This document shows, in pieces, positions 25,454-42,468 of a DNA stretch of 64,000 bases; within the stretch, counting starts at the first letter, position 1, and each line of letters begins with the position of its first letter. A program made the translations under genes and the position numbers. Origin of the DNA: Perkinsus chesapeaki ATCC PRA-425 (taxonomy: Eukaryota > Protista > Perkinsozoa); assembly GCA_013115145.1 (NCBI GenBank), contig JAAPAO010000118.1, forward strand, positions 1-64,000, given 5' to 3'. Under the pieces are notes generated by a model. It was not told the origin of the DNA. It was given only the letters and a program-made list of their open reading frames with translations, and ran no database searches.

Positions 25454-26459
25454 TATAAAGTCAACGAACTACTAGGAGTTGGTGAAGATAATACTGAACC
25501 TTATCATACCAGATCGACTAGCAGCAATGTTTATCAATTAGATGCCAACTGATTAATTGATGAGGAGTGAACAGATACAGCGCTGAAATCCAGGTATGCC
25601 GCCCAGGGAGGGGAGTTTCAAGGGAAGCAAATTTCCTGAAGCTCAGAAAATTGTTTCCCTGACCAACACAACCAGATAAGTGCTAAGTGACAGCTGATCA
25701 AGTCATGTCAAAGGAAGCAGCTCAGACAACTGCTATGTTTCCAGCGCGCCGCGAAATTAGCCAGAATGATTGCAAGAGACATACCTATCACAGAGCATTC
25801 CCAATAGGACTGTTAGCCGTCCCAACCCACCGTAGAGCCCAGCCGAGCTGACCAACGCCTTCCCTACAAACAGATGGCTTCCTATAGGGCCAGCAGGAGG
25901 CAATGTCCAATCAAATGGAGCCAGGCGCCTTCGTTGGAGCTCAGCGGGGATACCGGTGGTATACCTGTTATGATCATAGGAAAATACGGTATATACCAAC
26001 GCGAGGAAACCCAGGGACGAAGATGTTAGAATACATCATTGACGGCGGCAGTTAAGATACCCGCTGGAACTTGGTTGTTTGGGAATCAACTTGGCGAGTT
26101 TGCCGAATGACAAAAAAGTGAACCATTGGAAGTTATCTGATTTGACTCCGATAAAAGACTCAACGTACTTTTTCAAGAAACCAAGCAGTGCAATATTCCC
26201 CAGCAGCAGCTCCCTCACCAATTGCTCGGGAATTCTGGAGCGGCAACTGTTCCTTCCGAATGGTTAACTTCCTGATTGGCAGCCCTCGCCGCAATAATAG
26301 ACTTATCAACAGCACTTGCCAAATGCTGGGACATTACTAATCCTTTAAGGGCTGCCAGCCTTGAATGATGCTAAAGAACAAGGAGCAGTGTGCCTATTAG
26401 AATGTATTATCATTTTATGGTATTATAATTATACAGTCATCAACGCCGCAGGAATGACC

Positions 26460-26481
26460 AGCTGAGGTTCAGCTGCTGAAC
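26460..26481. mobile_element. 22-bp footprint (1 mismatch), 8-mer AGCTGAAC
   Basis: agctgag-gttcagct-gctgaac. Confidence 0.65.
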
Positions 26482-27739
26482 ACGGTGTCGCCACTCCCAG
26501 AGATCGTAAGGCCTTATAGGCCGTGCCGCGCCCGAGGAAGAAGAAGAAGAAGACGTATTTCCGATTTGCAATCTATTTCCCCACCATTAGAGAGTCCATT
26601 CCCTTTACGATTCGGTCAGGATTTTCCCTCGCTCGACTGTGTAAGGTCGAGCGATATTCCAATAGTGAATCTGAAAGCCCTACTACCGCCTCCTCACCAC
26701 GGCTTTGTCAAGTGACGTTGCTGCCGCCAAGCCAAGATTCTCCAACTCCTCAGACCGCACTTTTGCCAATGCCCTTAGCCCCTCCATATGAGCTCTCCGA
26801 AAAGGGTACATCGCATCATCATCATGGTGATGATGATGATGAGTAGCCAGCGGTAGCACCTTGACTGGAGTCAACCGAGGCATCTCAGGTAAGATGGGCC
26901 AGCTCAGAGACGGAGGGTGTATCACTGGTGTTGGCACCAACAGGAAAGCTGTACTTTCAACGGTAGGCTCCTCCATCCTGCCATAGTGGAGACTAACAAA
27001 CAAATACAAACATCGCAGTTCATCCGTTACAGCAGTAACACAAACTGTCCCGCATCGAAGTTTCCCTAATCACAGCAAACCCCTGAAAATGACATTCGAG
27101 AGAGGTTCGAGGCTGAAATGATCATGGGGTTGATAAGCGCGCCCAAGAGCGACTTTTACCTATTAAATCCAATCCTTGGAGCACCCTTCAATTTCAGCAG
27201 AGGTAGTCTACTAAACACCCTCTATTAACCTATTCATGACCTCGCCCTCGCCCAGCTCAAAATACCGACTCGCGTCAAGGAATTCACTATAATAAAATTT
27301 TCCCCGAACACCAGGGTGTCTCGTCGACATAGAGTATTTAACTTACTCCGAATATATACATTATCAATTATATCTAACAATACAGGGACCTATCGGTTAG
27401 TTCGATCAGTCTTAACAGCTTCCAGTTTAAGCGCCTAACCAGACTGGGAAATAGGTTCGGGAACCATCGAATACATCATTTCCGCTGGGTTTATAGACCC
27501 CCAAACGTTCACACTGGAGTGGCTTCTACAGCAACATATTCCTACCTGTTGGCCTCACATGGATGATGCGACCCAGGGGAAACCGATATTCCTCTTAAAG
27601 TAGTAGAAATTCAGATACACAGTATATTCCTAGACCGAAAAGAGATCCTTCTGGCAAGGTCCGATGCTCTCTCGCTCATTACCACTTTAAAACCAAAGAC
27701 TGGCAATGGATAAAATATGCCTTTCGACATCATGATAAT

Positions 27740-28230
27740 AATGACGACTATTGCTGTTGTTGTTGTCATTGAGGACAACTACTGTCCCCCCACTGTTTAC
27801 TAATACTAAGTAGGAGAGGAGTCATTCCATCAAGCACACCATCAATTCCGAATATCATCATCACCACCAGCAGCAGCAGCAGCAGAAAGTCGTCCTTTCG
27901 ACTAGGACAAAAAAGAGGAGGAGAAGTCAAGTGTTCAGAGCAGTCACTACAACAACAATACTAACTATACCATTATTACGTGTCATAAGTAATACGACAC
28001 GTTTATCAGCCAAACAGAACCAGACGGGAGGAGGCTGCAGCAGCCGCAGCCACAGCCACCAGGAGGAAGGGGGAGGAGGAGGAGGGTTGATATAAAATAA
28101 TAATCGGATTTGATGAGAATGATAAGAAAAGACAACTCATGTTCAATTGAGTGTATGTGATGATGTTTTTACATCCTACTTTACTACTACAACTACTACA
28201 CCAGTGCTAACACCAACATAGCCAAAAAAT
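27740..28230. repeat. Low-complexity trinucleotide-rich intergenic tract
   Basis: Short (TGT)n, (CAG)n, (GGA)n and (ACT/ACA)n runs. Confidence 0.6.
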
Positions 28231-28271
28231 ACGACACGTCGCGGAATCCCCCAACAGTCGGCGTTGCTCCC

Positions 28272-29588
28272 TCACATCCCCGAAGATGTCTCCGCTGTCA
28301 TCCATAAACTTCGAGGGCTGCCAGAATCCTCGGTCGATGCCGTCGAGGCAAATCTGTGTCGTCTGAGCCTCCTAGCTACTGTCTCCAGATGTCCACTGGT
28401 ATCAACTGGGCACTCGGGACCCACTCCTCCTTTGTATTCCAATGACATCTCAAAGACGAGAGATGACCAATCCGGGCCAACACCAAGAATGCATACCTTC
28501 CCTCCAGGTGTGACGCATGCGATCCCTTCAGCACTTCTACACCACCTTCTTGGTAACACACTTGAGAACTGCTCAGAAAGTCTAGTGCAGTTGTCGACTA
28601 GACGAAAGCCGCTCACGCTGCCGCTCGCACAGGAGAATTGAAGAAGTATCTCATGGCATCCTCCCAGCCAACACAACCTCGACGAGCCATCCAGCCGAGC
28701 TACCAATTTGTCCCCTACATAGACCTTGCCGCCAAAGCAGTACCTCATCAAAGTGTACCCAGAATTGCCCATAATACGATAAACCCCAATGACAGGCTCC
28801 TCCCTGCCATTGCTGACACTGTACACCGGATGGCAAGTGAGGACTGTCCTCGGCACATAGGTGTAGCGGGCTTGTTGATCACCAGACCTGTCCCTTAACA
28901 GAAACACCGTACGGTCATCAGCTACATAGATCCTCCCGGACTCTGCCGCCTGGACGAGGGTAACTCTATCCCAATTGATTTCGTATTCCGACGGTTTCGC
29001 AGCGACGGTCGTCGTTACTTTGCACCAAGAAGTTCGTCCTGTTTCCAAATCATATCTGAACAACCCTCCCCGGTAGTCTCGTCGAGTATAATAAACAAAT
29101 CCATCCGACGACACCGTCAGCGTGTTCACATTAAGATCTTTCGCGTCAAACAAGTCAACAGCCACACCGCCCAAAGGCTCCTCTTCTGCAGTGCCGGGCT
29201 TCCGTTCCTCCTGCTTTGCCGGACAGAAGGGAGTAACAATACTTAGCAGGCGGACTCGGACCACGTTGTTCTCACGGAGCTCGGCATAGACGACTTGATC
29301 GCGCTGATAGCCTTCCGAGTGCTTCGCCAGGACAGTGTTATATTCACCCAAGTCCGGCAGGACCACATGGAAGTCTTTGAAACCGGTGGCCATTTTTTGG
29401 CTACAGAATTGGTAAACCTCAGAGACCACGGCCAACGTGCGCCCAACGAGCTTGCGTTCTAAGGTGGCCAACTCCATCGACAACTTCCTCCTGGACACTT
29501 TCACAGTACTAGTGTCATCATTATCATCAATAGTCATAATTTTAGTCGAGGCTGCTTGGGGGAAGAGATTCGATGAAGCAATCATCAT
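28272..29588 (-). CDS. Hypothetical single-exon 438-aa protein, possibly beta-propeller-like
   Basis: Long uninterrupted ORF with beta-strand-like repeats (GGLFRYDLETG, GRIYVADD); no family recognised. Confidence 0.7.
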   Translation of the reverse strand: MMIASSNLFPQAASTKIMTIDDNDDTSTVKVSRRKLSMELATLERKLVGRTLAVVSEVYQFCSQKMATGFKDFHVVLPDLGEYNTVLAKHSEGYQRDQVVYAELRENNVVRVRLLSIVTPFCPAKQEERKPGTAEEEPLGGVAVDLFDAKDLNVNTLTVSSDGFVYYTRRDYRGGLFRYDLETGRTSWCKVTTTVAAKPSEYEINWDRVTLVQAAESGRIYVADDRTVFLLRDRSGDQQARYTYVPRTVLTCHPVYSVSNGREEPVIGVYRIMGNSGYTLMRYCFGGKVYVGDKLVARLDGSSRLCWLGGCHEILLQFSCASGSVSGFRLVDNCTRLSEQFSSVLPRRWCRSAEGIACVTPGGKVCILGVGPDWSSLVFEMSLEYKGGVGPECPVDTSGHLETVARRLRRHRFASTASTEDSGSPRSLWMTAETSSGM

Positions 29589-29845
29589 GTTCCAACAACA
29601 AAAACAATAATAAATCGCGTCTTCGTTTCATTTGGCGCGCGCCCGGAAATTCGAGAGATGACGAGGATACGCTGGAGGTTGAAGAATGGTCCTAAGGGGT
29701 CGTTCAATAAACCGAATTCACAACTGATACGTTAAATGCGATGCAGCTGGAATCGATAGGGTAAGTGAGGACTCTCCTCAGAGGCAGCCCCAACGAACAC
29801 AATGACAGATGATGCACGTGAAAAGGTTTGCAAGGAACTACAAGT

Positions 29846-33424
<3,579 letters not shown>

Positions 33425-34021
33425 CACAATCAAACAATCTCCTAAAAGATAAAGACCTATCCTTTAGACTACAAAGCATGATTGACCACAAGCTCTCATT
33501 AGGCACCAGTGGTGTACTCTATATCGCCGAGTTCGCAGAGCGTTTCGAGCGCTCTTGCAACTGTGTTAAGATATGTTCAGCTACAGGAATCGGCAGTGGA
33601 CAGAAATATTCTCGAGCTCCACGAAATCGTTAATCGTCTAACTCACACAGTGAATATCTGTACGCGTTGAGACTGTAGCAACTACGCGGCTTAAACTTGT
33701 CTCGTTCTTAACAGTACTTTAGACTCACTCAACAAAATAACGGTAAAGACAACAACATATTTGCTTTAACATGAACACACAGCATCATAACAACAACAAA
33801 AAATAATGAACATCATCATCAACAATGACCACCGGTCTCTCTTAACGTTTGCGGTTGTTCCTTTTCGCCTTGCTGTTCCGACGTCTCTTCCACCCGCGGA
33901 TGTCTGCTTGTGGAGGGGGACTGTCGCTCTGGACCACCATGTCCTCGAGAAAATCTAGTAGCTCATTGGCAGATATTCCCGAACTGGAAAAAACAAGTGA
34001 CGAATGTTTCATATTTACGGC

Positions 34022-35518
34022 CTACCTGGATTCCCGCTGAGAACGGTGATGACTGTACGGCTCGTAAAGCTCAAGGATTGACGTGGGCTCATCTTCATCG
34101 GTATCAACTCCGCGATGACTCTTCCTTCTAGATGTCACCCCGGCCACATCCCCCGACTTGTAGAAGGCCTTCTCGATCCTATCCAACCTCATCATCAAAG
34201 ATTTCATAGACTTCTGTACCGAGCCAGGAGCGATATAACACTGTTGGGCAGCGCAGCCACACTCCAGCTCGGGCACGTCCACAACGAGGGCGTTGAGGAA
34301 GGAGAGATCTTGGCTTGGCGCGGAGACCACAGCGAACTCCACGAAGCAGTCGATATTCGCAGCGCCATGGCGACCCCAGCGGGTGCCCATAAGATGCTCC
34401 ATCCAGGTGACCAAATTCTTCGCAGTGAGGGACGCATCTTTTCCCGAATCTCCACAGAAGCAGCAGCTGTTATCGGGACTCCCCAAAGTCATCAGCGTCC
34501 TCCTCAATCTTTCCATAGTGAAAATGACAGCCGGCGCGTCGCTCAATTCTTCCTTCTCATGCTTCCAAGTGAGCTTCTCCGTCATCACAGTGGCCAAGTC
34601 CACATAAGGCGCCCTCGGGCCGACCACACCCTCATGCGCCTTCAAACCGATAACATCATTTTCGTGTCGACTCAGCACCAGGACGGTCTCTTTTTCTGCC
34701 GAGGACGGCGGGCCCTCAACAACCGTTTCGATCGAGAGTATCTTCACAAGCTGGTTCGTATGGAAAGTCACCTTGCCCACATCCAGCCCATCGACGGGGA
34801 CCGAAGGCGCACCCCAGCGAGCCGGTATTGCCGAGAGCCTTCTGGCCACTTCGACCAGGTCGTGGTCACCCGGCTCCGTAATCACGCACCACCACCGAAG
34901 TCCACTATCTTCCCCAGGCGTCACAGCTCGGGCTAGGACATATCCTCCAGAGTGCGGAACGCGCACTCTTAAAGACGTCAAAACCACAGGTTGAGCGAAG
35001 AGGACCTCGAAAGCACCTTGACGCACCGCACTGTGCTCTCCAAGCATGGATTCCTCGGGCCATGACGCCTCCAAAGCCTGAGTCTGATGTAGCAACCAGT
35101 CAAGGTCCCCCTCCCCAGCCGACCAGCTCTGCTTCTGGAAGGCCTCGGATGGTCTCGGCGGCAACGGTGATGGTACCGGTGATCTGCCTTGCTCGCCATA
35201 AGGCTTCACAAGCGCCAATACGGTCTGAAGGAGACCGTTCTCGTCCACCGGACCAGAATGCAGAGACGCCGGCACAAACCCGCAGACTGGGGGCGACCGG
35301 TCTCCACGGAAGCACCAGGGCCCGCCCGACAGAGAGTCACAGATGACGTTGCTGTCGGCATTCGAAGCATTTGGCTTGAGGGAGTCCAGATGCACTAGGA
35401 CTCGGGAGCGTGCCATTTCGGTAAGGTCCTCAACATGCATACCAATGCCAAGGGCAGCATCACAAAATGTGATGAACAGCGATGATAGGATGATGGTCGA
35501 TATCATTTTACGAAACAT
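34022..35518 (-). CDS. Hypothetical 498-aa single-exon protein with predicted signal peptide
   Basis: Long ORF; hydrophobic N-terminus MISTIILSSLFITFCDAALG. Confidence 0.75.
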   Translation of the reverse strand: MFRKMISTIILSSLFITFCDAALGIGMHVEDLTEMARSRVLVHLDSLKPNASNADSNVICDSLSGGPWCFRGDRSPPVCGFVPASLHSGPVDENGLLQTVLALVKPYGEQGRSPVPSPLPPRPSEAFQKQSWSAGEGDLDWLLHQTQALEASWPEESMLGEHSAVRQGAFEVLFAQPVVLTSLRVRVPHSGGYVLARAVTPGEDSGLRWWCVITEPGDHDLVEVARRLSAIPARWGAPSVPVDGLDVGKVTFHTNQLVKILSIETVVEGPPSSAEKETVLVLSRHENDVIGLKAHEGVVGPRAPYVDLATVMTEKLTWKHEKEELSDAPAVIFTMERLRRTLMTLGSPDNSCCFCGDSGKDASLTAKNLVTWMEHLMGTRWGRHGAANIDCFVEFAVVSAPSQDLSFLNALVVDVPELECGCAAQQCYIAPGSVQKSMKSLMMRLDRIEKAFYKSGDVAGVTSRRKSHRGVDTDEDEPTSILELYEPYSHHRSQRESR

Positions 35519-36110
35519 CTACAGTATGCGTCATCCAGAAATGCGCAAACTTGGCGGACGATTTTCTAGACAACCAGAAAACCCCAGTTACCCATGTTGG
35601 GAGGATATCTTGACGCAGACAACCTCTTGTCTAAGCGGCAGCAGTATTTCCCTCGCAGGAAAATTTCGGGAATATTAACCTCTCAAAAGCTGGAAAAAAT
35701 TCGGCACCGTTTTTCCGACCCACAACAAAATGTTATAACGGTGGAGCGGGAAGGGTTTTGCGCCTCAATCGAATGTAAACCTCTGTCACCCTCCCCCTCC
35801 ACTTGAGCCCTATCACTATCGACTATCCAGATCATTGCATGAAATAAACCCTTTAATGCTCTTCGGATGCGAGAAGCTGCCAAAGTTTCCCTCAAGAAAC
35901 GCAGACGGAAAAGTGCATGCATTCCTAGACATCGGCTAACACCTTGTAGAGCAACCCAGAAAGCAAGACGATCCCGGGCTAACACTGCTTGCACTCATCA
36001 GGTACTATACTATAATGTTCAACCCAAAATGGCGAGAGCGGTATGAAATACAACTGTCCACCTTAACAACACGACACCTTTAACCAGTTTGAACTGTGCT
36101 TCCCCACTGC

Positions 36111-38262
36111 TCAATATCTAGCTCTCTTATATGGCCTTTCTTCACCACCACCTCCTTCAGAGTAATACTGTCGACCACCTTGCTGATACGGCGGGTAACC
36201 ACCTAACAAACGCCAATTGCCTACCATACAAAGATCTCAATGGAGATACAACGCTTTGGATTCGAAATCTAAGTCCATCATCCTCTTCCTAGAATTCACG
36301 ATAGCCTAGAGCCGACATGAGCAAAGGCCTCACGTACCATTTATTGAGGCATAGATGTGATGCTTTGATGACTCAAATAGTTCAACTAGGGTAATTTGCC
36401 CAGCTTGCCAAAGGCCCCGAGATCTTTTGCAAAGCATGCTCCTAGTAAATCCAGAGTTTCTGGATACACGAAGGACAACTGCAGCATATTCCCACTAGAA
36501 TGATCCCCAATCACCGAGCACTCTCCTTCTATGGTATATCACATTCCTATCCGACTCCCCTCTCACCTTTCCCTCCACTCCTTGGTCCACCATATGATGC
36601 CCGCCGGAATCCTCCACCTTTACGCTGACCAAAATAGAAATCATTTGACCTAGTAAAAATCTTCATAGTGCGTTCCATCCATATCCATCGCATACCGCGT
36701 TTCCCTATCTCTTTTGCCGACAAACAACTGATTCCCGTCGCCACTTTCCAGTGCCTTCAGCAGGCCTCTTCCCTGACCACCTACATGGAATCTACGCTAC
36801 TATTACATTATCCCTTCACACTGAGAATAACTGTGAGATCGTCTCCATATTATAATAGCCCACTTGTGTCGGCACGGAAGAGACAACACTCTCACACAGT
36901 TTCAATTTACGTTTGTACCATTAAAGAAGGCTATTCCTTACAATGACTCGACGCTAAGATTTTCATGCTCTATTTAGAGAGCAGGCAACAGAGAGATATT
37001 CCAACAATGCCTTTGAACTACAGTACATCTCATCAGTCACATACCTCTGGAAGGGTCGAAATCATCACGGAAATCATCTCGCCATTGGTCTCCCGTCTGC
37101 CCCCTTCCAAACTGCCTCCCTGCCGACACACCGCTATCCCAGTCCACTCGGATGACCTAGAAAAGAAGCAAACGTCAAGCAGTTGGACAGAGGGAGAGTT
37201 ATTGTGCAGAGTTACGAGTGGAATACAACTGGTCATTGGAAAGGCGACTTCATTATCAGTCTGGCCAGAATTGCCCTGTGTTATCGAGGTTAAAGAGGGC
37301 GATGGTCCGCTGTGTGGTGAAGATACCACAAGCAAGCTACTCAACCTGGTACACCGCGTGCCATCTATTATGAAGGGATTTAGTCAAGCCAAATGTGTGT
37401 ATTCCTTTTCGCAATTTGATCGGCAAAAGCTCCACCTTCCCGAGTCACTAATATCTCCCTAGACACATGACAACCGATCCCTTTCCCTCCGTGCCAAAGC
37501 TTTTTATATTCCTCTGTGGCCTCTAGTAACCGACACAAAGTAGACAGCCCTGATCATTACCCTATCATCAAATGTTGATGTATTCAATAGATTCTGTGCC
37601 CATGCCGCGTCATCTCTGGTATCATACTCGACAAAGCAGAATCCACAAGGGGACTTCTTAAATCGATTCAACCCCATTGTAACCTAGATACCACTAGACA
37701 GCTTTTCCCGCGCGCCCCAAAACTACCTTCTTGACCTTCCCGCACTTTGAGAACAACTCTAAGATCTGCTCTTCCTGAAAATGACCAACTATTCCTCTCG
37801 CCTTGACTCATCGCCAGATGGCAACATATAGAGCCATACAAAGACAGAAACCCCGAACAAACGTTTCTGGTTGCGACAAGTACACATTATTGTTCGAGTT
37901 ATCACATTCGGCATTCAGACAGAAGTCCGATGAGTCGGGGTGCGGCCTCGGAATTAACGCCATACTCTGCTCGGGTATCACCGCTAATAGCGTAACTTAT
38001 GCTGCTGCACCGCACTCTATATGAAGCTATTCAACAGTTTATACTATGAAATGGTGTAAAGTACTATAAGCTTTATAGCACTATATATTCCCTTTACACC
38101 ATTCACCCTCCTTCCCATTATTACTGTCGTATAGAAGCTAAGATTTCCAACGTAAAGGGTAGTTGACGTCTGTAAACTGTTGAACCATTCCTCTCGAGTC
38201 AGTCCTGACTTCTTATCATAGTACTTAGTACTTGGCGTGAGATCGACAAAGAGATGCGCCAT
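36111..38262 (-). CDS. NCBP2: Nuclear cap-binding protein subunit 2 (CBP20), multi-exon
   Basis: [14 protein letters not shown] / [16 protein letters not shown] / [20 protein letters not shown] / VIRVDWDSG...GRQFGRG, followed by a Gly/Arg-rich tail. Confidence 0.92.
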
Positions 38263-38517
38263 CGGCAAAAAGTCAACTACCACCTCAAACCGCAGAACGC
38301 AATAGCACTGTTGACTTAATAGAAAGCACTCGAGTAGAATCATCAGCCACGCCAACAAGGGGACTTAAGTTTCAAAAATGCTTTGATGGCAACCTTTGAG
38401 ACGTAAGTCCACCGCTCTTCTTCTAGGGACCGGTTGATCTCCGAAATGGGTATCTATGAGCATTAAATGATATTAAGGGTGATATTGACAGGCCAATAGC
38501 ATCTGGTGAAGGAAGGA

Positions 38518-39653
38518 CTACAGGTCCATCATGAGCCTCCCAGTTGCCTTTGCCGAATCTTTGCGTGTACTTGTATTTCTATATGTGCATTTACATTTCA
38601 GAGACAATGAGACATTGGATATTAGCAATTGGATAATTTGGATATGCATTGCTTGGTAAATCTGCCCTTTCATGGCCACGAGTAAATCCCTCAGCGCTTC
38701 TATACACTGTGTATACCGTGAATGCCCAATAATCACTACCGCCCGAATCCTGCTATGCTCCCAGTTATCAACTGCTTCATTCTTCACTCCTGCCAAGACA
38801 CCCGAAGACTTCATCGACCCCAGATCAATTACGAAAACAAGCTCAGGTTTGTACGCTTGTTCCCTGCCAGTGTTGAACAAACCTATGAACACAGCCCATC
38901 TACCCTACCGACGGGCATTTGGCTTCCTTACCAAGCAAACGAACGTCAAGTGGATCCCCTGGAATACCTAGCTCTTCCAACATCTCTTTTTTTATAACAG
39001 CCACAGGATCATCGATATCTATTGTACCTGTCAGTTTAATCCCTACTATAGCGGGATACTGTATATAATTATCATTCTACCAGCGGGGGTAAGATGCCAC
39101 ATATTGGGACAGCAGGCCACTTTAGAGGACCTCCTTCCCGCCATGATAGCCGTGCCGTTGTCAACTAGGGTGATGCTGCAGCACCCGAAAGGATTTAGTT
39201 TTTCTGGTATTTCCAGAGCTCGAGGAGAAAAATGAAGGTACCTGGAGATAAGGGAGATGCCCATCTAATAATGCAGTAAGGATTTATTGCATTACAGCTG
39301 ATAGCGATACCACGACCGCTGCAAGTCAACTTGGAGCTTATTGGGCCCCACAGATCGCCATTGGCGGACTCCCCAAACGCGGCCATCGAAGGTTTTCGGG
39401 TTCGAGGGAACGATAACATTATCCCAATAGTCCTGAGTATCTACAACATAGAGAAGTAGTTGATGTCCAGAGGATATGAAAGGCAGCAAGAGTCAGGTGG
39501 TGTCTTACTTTGTACGGTTTCATCGGTGAATTTAACTTCTCCAGGTAGTTGATGAATTTGAATAGCATCAGAGGCGAGAGGAAGAGGTGTCTCCGGCATC
39601 CAATAGACACCATCAGTCAGATCAGACGATGATGATGATGATGAAGTTGACAT
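38518..39653 (-). CDS. Possible NUDIX-like hydrolase, multi-exon
   Basis: Segment AIMAGRRSSKVACCPNMWHLTPAG resembles the RRS..V...PG.W..P.G pre-Nudix motif; the Nudix box itself was not read. Confidence 0.4.
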
Positions 39654-39753
39654 TATTATTCGTAAAACACTGACTGCTCATATACCATATATCCAATAGT
39701 CCGCAAGTCTCCAATGCCGAGACGGAAACGCACGAAAATGCGCGTTTAGCGAA

Positions 39754-39826
39754 TAGTCCCGGCGGGGGTCGAACCCGCGGCCTACGGCTCATAAGACCGT
39801 CGCTCTAACCACTGAGCTACAGGACC
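39754..39826 (-). tRNA. tRNA-Ile(UAU), intronless
   Basis: Full cloverleaf GGTCCTG-TA-GCTCAGTGGTTAGAGC-G-ACGGT CTTATGA GCCGT-AGGCC-GCGGG TTCGACC CCCGC-CGGGACT-A. Confidence 0.95.
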
Positions 39827-40129
39827 GCTCGATAACATACGGCTCAGATTCCTTTGGCTTTTCTTAAACTGATTAAACTACGAAGTTACTCCTTATTCCG
39901 CACACCGTCACTGGACAAATGTTCCTCTGCGCTGTCCAATTTGCACTTTGCCTCGCTGCAGTTTTGTGTTGCCCCTTGCCTAATACTGCGGTCGGCGCTG
40001 CCACGACTGGCCGACTCGTTTCATCGCAGAGTCTCTACAAAACTAACTGCATCATCTATCTCGCTCTTGGATAGAGCTCAGCCACTGATAGACACCCCCG
40101 GACTACTGGGAATATCTCAAGGACGCATT

Positions 40130-42468
40130 ATGAGTACCGCAGCTGCCACGAAAGTATGTCGGTAGAGATCGTTGAGTCGTTCATTTGATTCTAGAAGACA
40201 TTCTGGAACAAAGTATTCCATAAACGTTGGTTCATTCGGTAGGGTGCCACTTCTGCATTGGACGCTACAGGGGAAATTCAAGGACTGTTCAATAAAAATA
40301 CTTATACTGGATGAGTGGTAAAATACTCATAGTCATGGGAACGGTGAGATGGCGTTAGTTCTGCTGTCACTAGCCGTTTCGGTAGTAGCAGTACACCGCC
40401 ATAGCTTCCTATTATTGGCCCAATACTGCTGGCAAAGCTTTTCCCATCGTATCTGCCTCAGACCTCATCACCGATGGTGATCTCCGAAGACGGTGAGAAT
40501 GTGGTGATACTAATGAGAGTTAACGGGAAAAGGCTTACCTTCAATCGTAACCCTTCCGACACTATGGACCAGGTGAGAGAGGTAGGAGGGCCTGAGACGG
40601 CACACTGAGCTCTGTAAGGTCCTAAGGCGGATGCAGCTCAGTGTAGAGAAGGCGTACGGTATTGGTGATAACCGTAAAGGTAAGAAAAGAAAAGGTGCTC
40701 CATCGACAGATGAACAACAACAGGAGCATGATAAGAAGGTAAGGATGATCTAATCGAGGGGTTCGGAAAGTTGTGACCGACTAGGTGATGATTCGATGGT
40801 CCGATGGCGAGGGAAAGGAGCTCGCATCAACCGATGGCGCAACTAATATGTGCACCTTGGCAGAGCTTAGTCGTTCTACTAAGGCAATTACTGTCAACGA
40901 TCACGTAGAAGATCATTTCCAGTTCACTGTATACAAGGCTGATTAGGTATACTCTGTCTTTCTCAACCCGCCTATGGTCAAGTCGGTAGCGCTGAAATAT
41001 TTCCTTTTTGCAGAGTATCCAGTCATACCTCTGGTAGAATGCAGCAACACAACTCCTGATGAGCTGGTGTATGAATACAGAACTGCTGACTCAGAGGACA
41101 TTGTCCACTCCGGCAGAATATTCACTCCCAATGACGATCTGGTTGGGAAGAAGCTGCGAGTGACAGCCTATCACAACCAATGCCGAGACTTGCCGCAGGC
41201 CGAGTCCGATGCAAGCAAGGCCATCCGCGCCTCCCCGAGCAAGGGAACGTTCCGTGATCGTCGGCTCCCTCACCCTTTGGCGATCACTCCCCCAAATCGC
41301 ATTAGAGTTGCCAGTTTCAACGTGCTTGCTCAGCGGTATGTTAGAACGCCTCTGGCAACTAAAGTGATGTACCAGAATGTTAAGAACTGCCGAGAAGTCC
41401 TCGAATGGGAGTATCGATGTCCACTACTGATGAGGGAGCTGATGGACGTAAAGGCAGACATCTTCTCATTCCAAGAGGCTGAACCGAGATTCGTTGAGAC
41501 CGTTCATGAGGTGACGCCCGAGTACACTGTTCGGTACGTCGAGAAGAGCGGCCATAAGGGCGAAGGCTGCGCCATCGCCTACAGAAATGATCGCTTTGAA
41601 ATGCTTGATGAGACTACATTGGACTTGGCATCCGATGGAATTAAATCTGAGCTCAGCGAGGTGCAACTTGCCGAACTCCAAAAGAAGTGGGGGGACGTCA
41701 ACCTGTTTAATGACGTCTTTGACAACCTCGGCACCGTTGGCCAGGTCGTTGTGCTACGCGACCGATGCGATACGAATAAGATATTTGTCGTTGGTAACAC
41801 ACATTTGTTCTTCCATCGAAACGCGGCTCATGTTAGACTGTTGCAAGCTCATATGTTGGCCATGGCAGTGAAGCATGAACTGGATAGGTTTCAAGGGGCG
41901 AACGCCTTCATCTGTGGCGACTTCAACTCCTTCCCTGACAGCGGTGTGGTCGAATACCTGAGCTCTGGCGAGGCACCGGCGAACCACAAGGACTGGTTTT
42001 ATGGTCCTCAATTTAAATGGGACTCCCAGGATTGTGCAGACCTAGACGAGGCCGTGGATGAATCGGCGTACCATGACGTGTTGGTGGATGAACCGGAATG
42101 GGGGGAAGGCGATGAGCTGTTTGGACTGGCGGGGGAAGTTAAGCGAATGAAGCCTGAGAAGGTTGATATGAATCTGGGCATTGAGCTGCATCACGGTATA
42201 GATGGCTTACAGCATACAGAGTTGCCGCAGTACACTAACGCCGTTTGCAACTTCAAGTGAGGCGAATGCGTCATGAAAGTAGATTTGAATATTTCCTCTT
42301 TTCAGAGCCGTGCTGGACTACATTTTCTACACGCCCCATCTCACTCCTACATGGACCCTTCCCGGCCTCACTGATGATGACATCAAAGCCTGCAATGGCG
42401 GCTTGCCGTACAAGTGTTACGGTAGCGATCACGTTATGATTGCGACAGAGTTTGAAGTGTCGAATTGA
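40130..42468 (+). CDS. PDE12: 2',5'-phosphodiesterase 12 / CCR4-nocturnin-family EEP nuclease; 5' end uncertain
   Basis: RVASFNVLAQ, ADIFSFQE, VVGNTHLFF, ICGDFNS, VLDYIF, GSDHVMIA; N-terminal MRVNGKRLTFNR resembles PDE12. Confidence 0.85.

Noticed and set aside
25757-27700. Short ORFs on both strands, including MPRPRKKKKK at 26523
   Set aside because: Frames are broken by stops and no family is recognisable; a gene model cannot be supported.
34115-34936. 273-aa + strand ORF, and the poly-Val ORFs at 17708 and 20575
   Set aside because: Antisense shadows of the real minus-strand coding regions.
37727-37774. Apparent frameshift in CBP20 exon 2
   Set aside because: Rereading gives an intact frame, FSKCGKVKK.
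39754-39826. Intronless tRNA-Ile(UAU) with G37 as an anomaly
   Set aside because: To my knowledge the same CTTATGA loop without an intron occurs in other eukaryotes such as plants, so it is not unusual enough.
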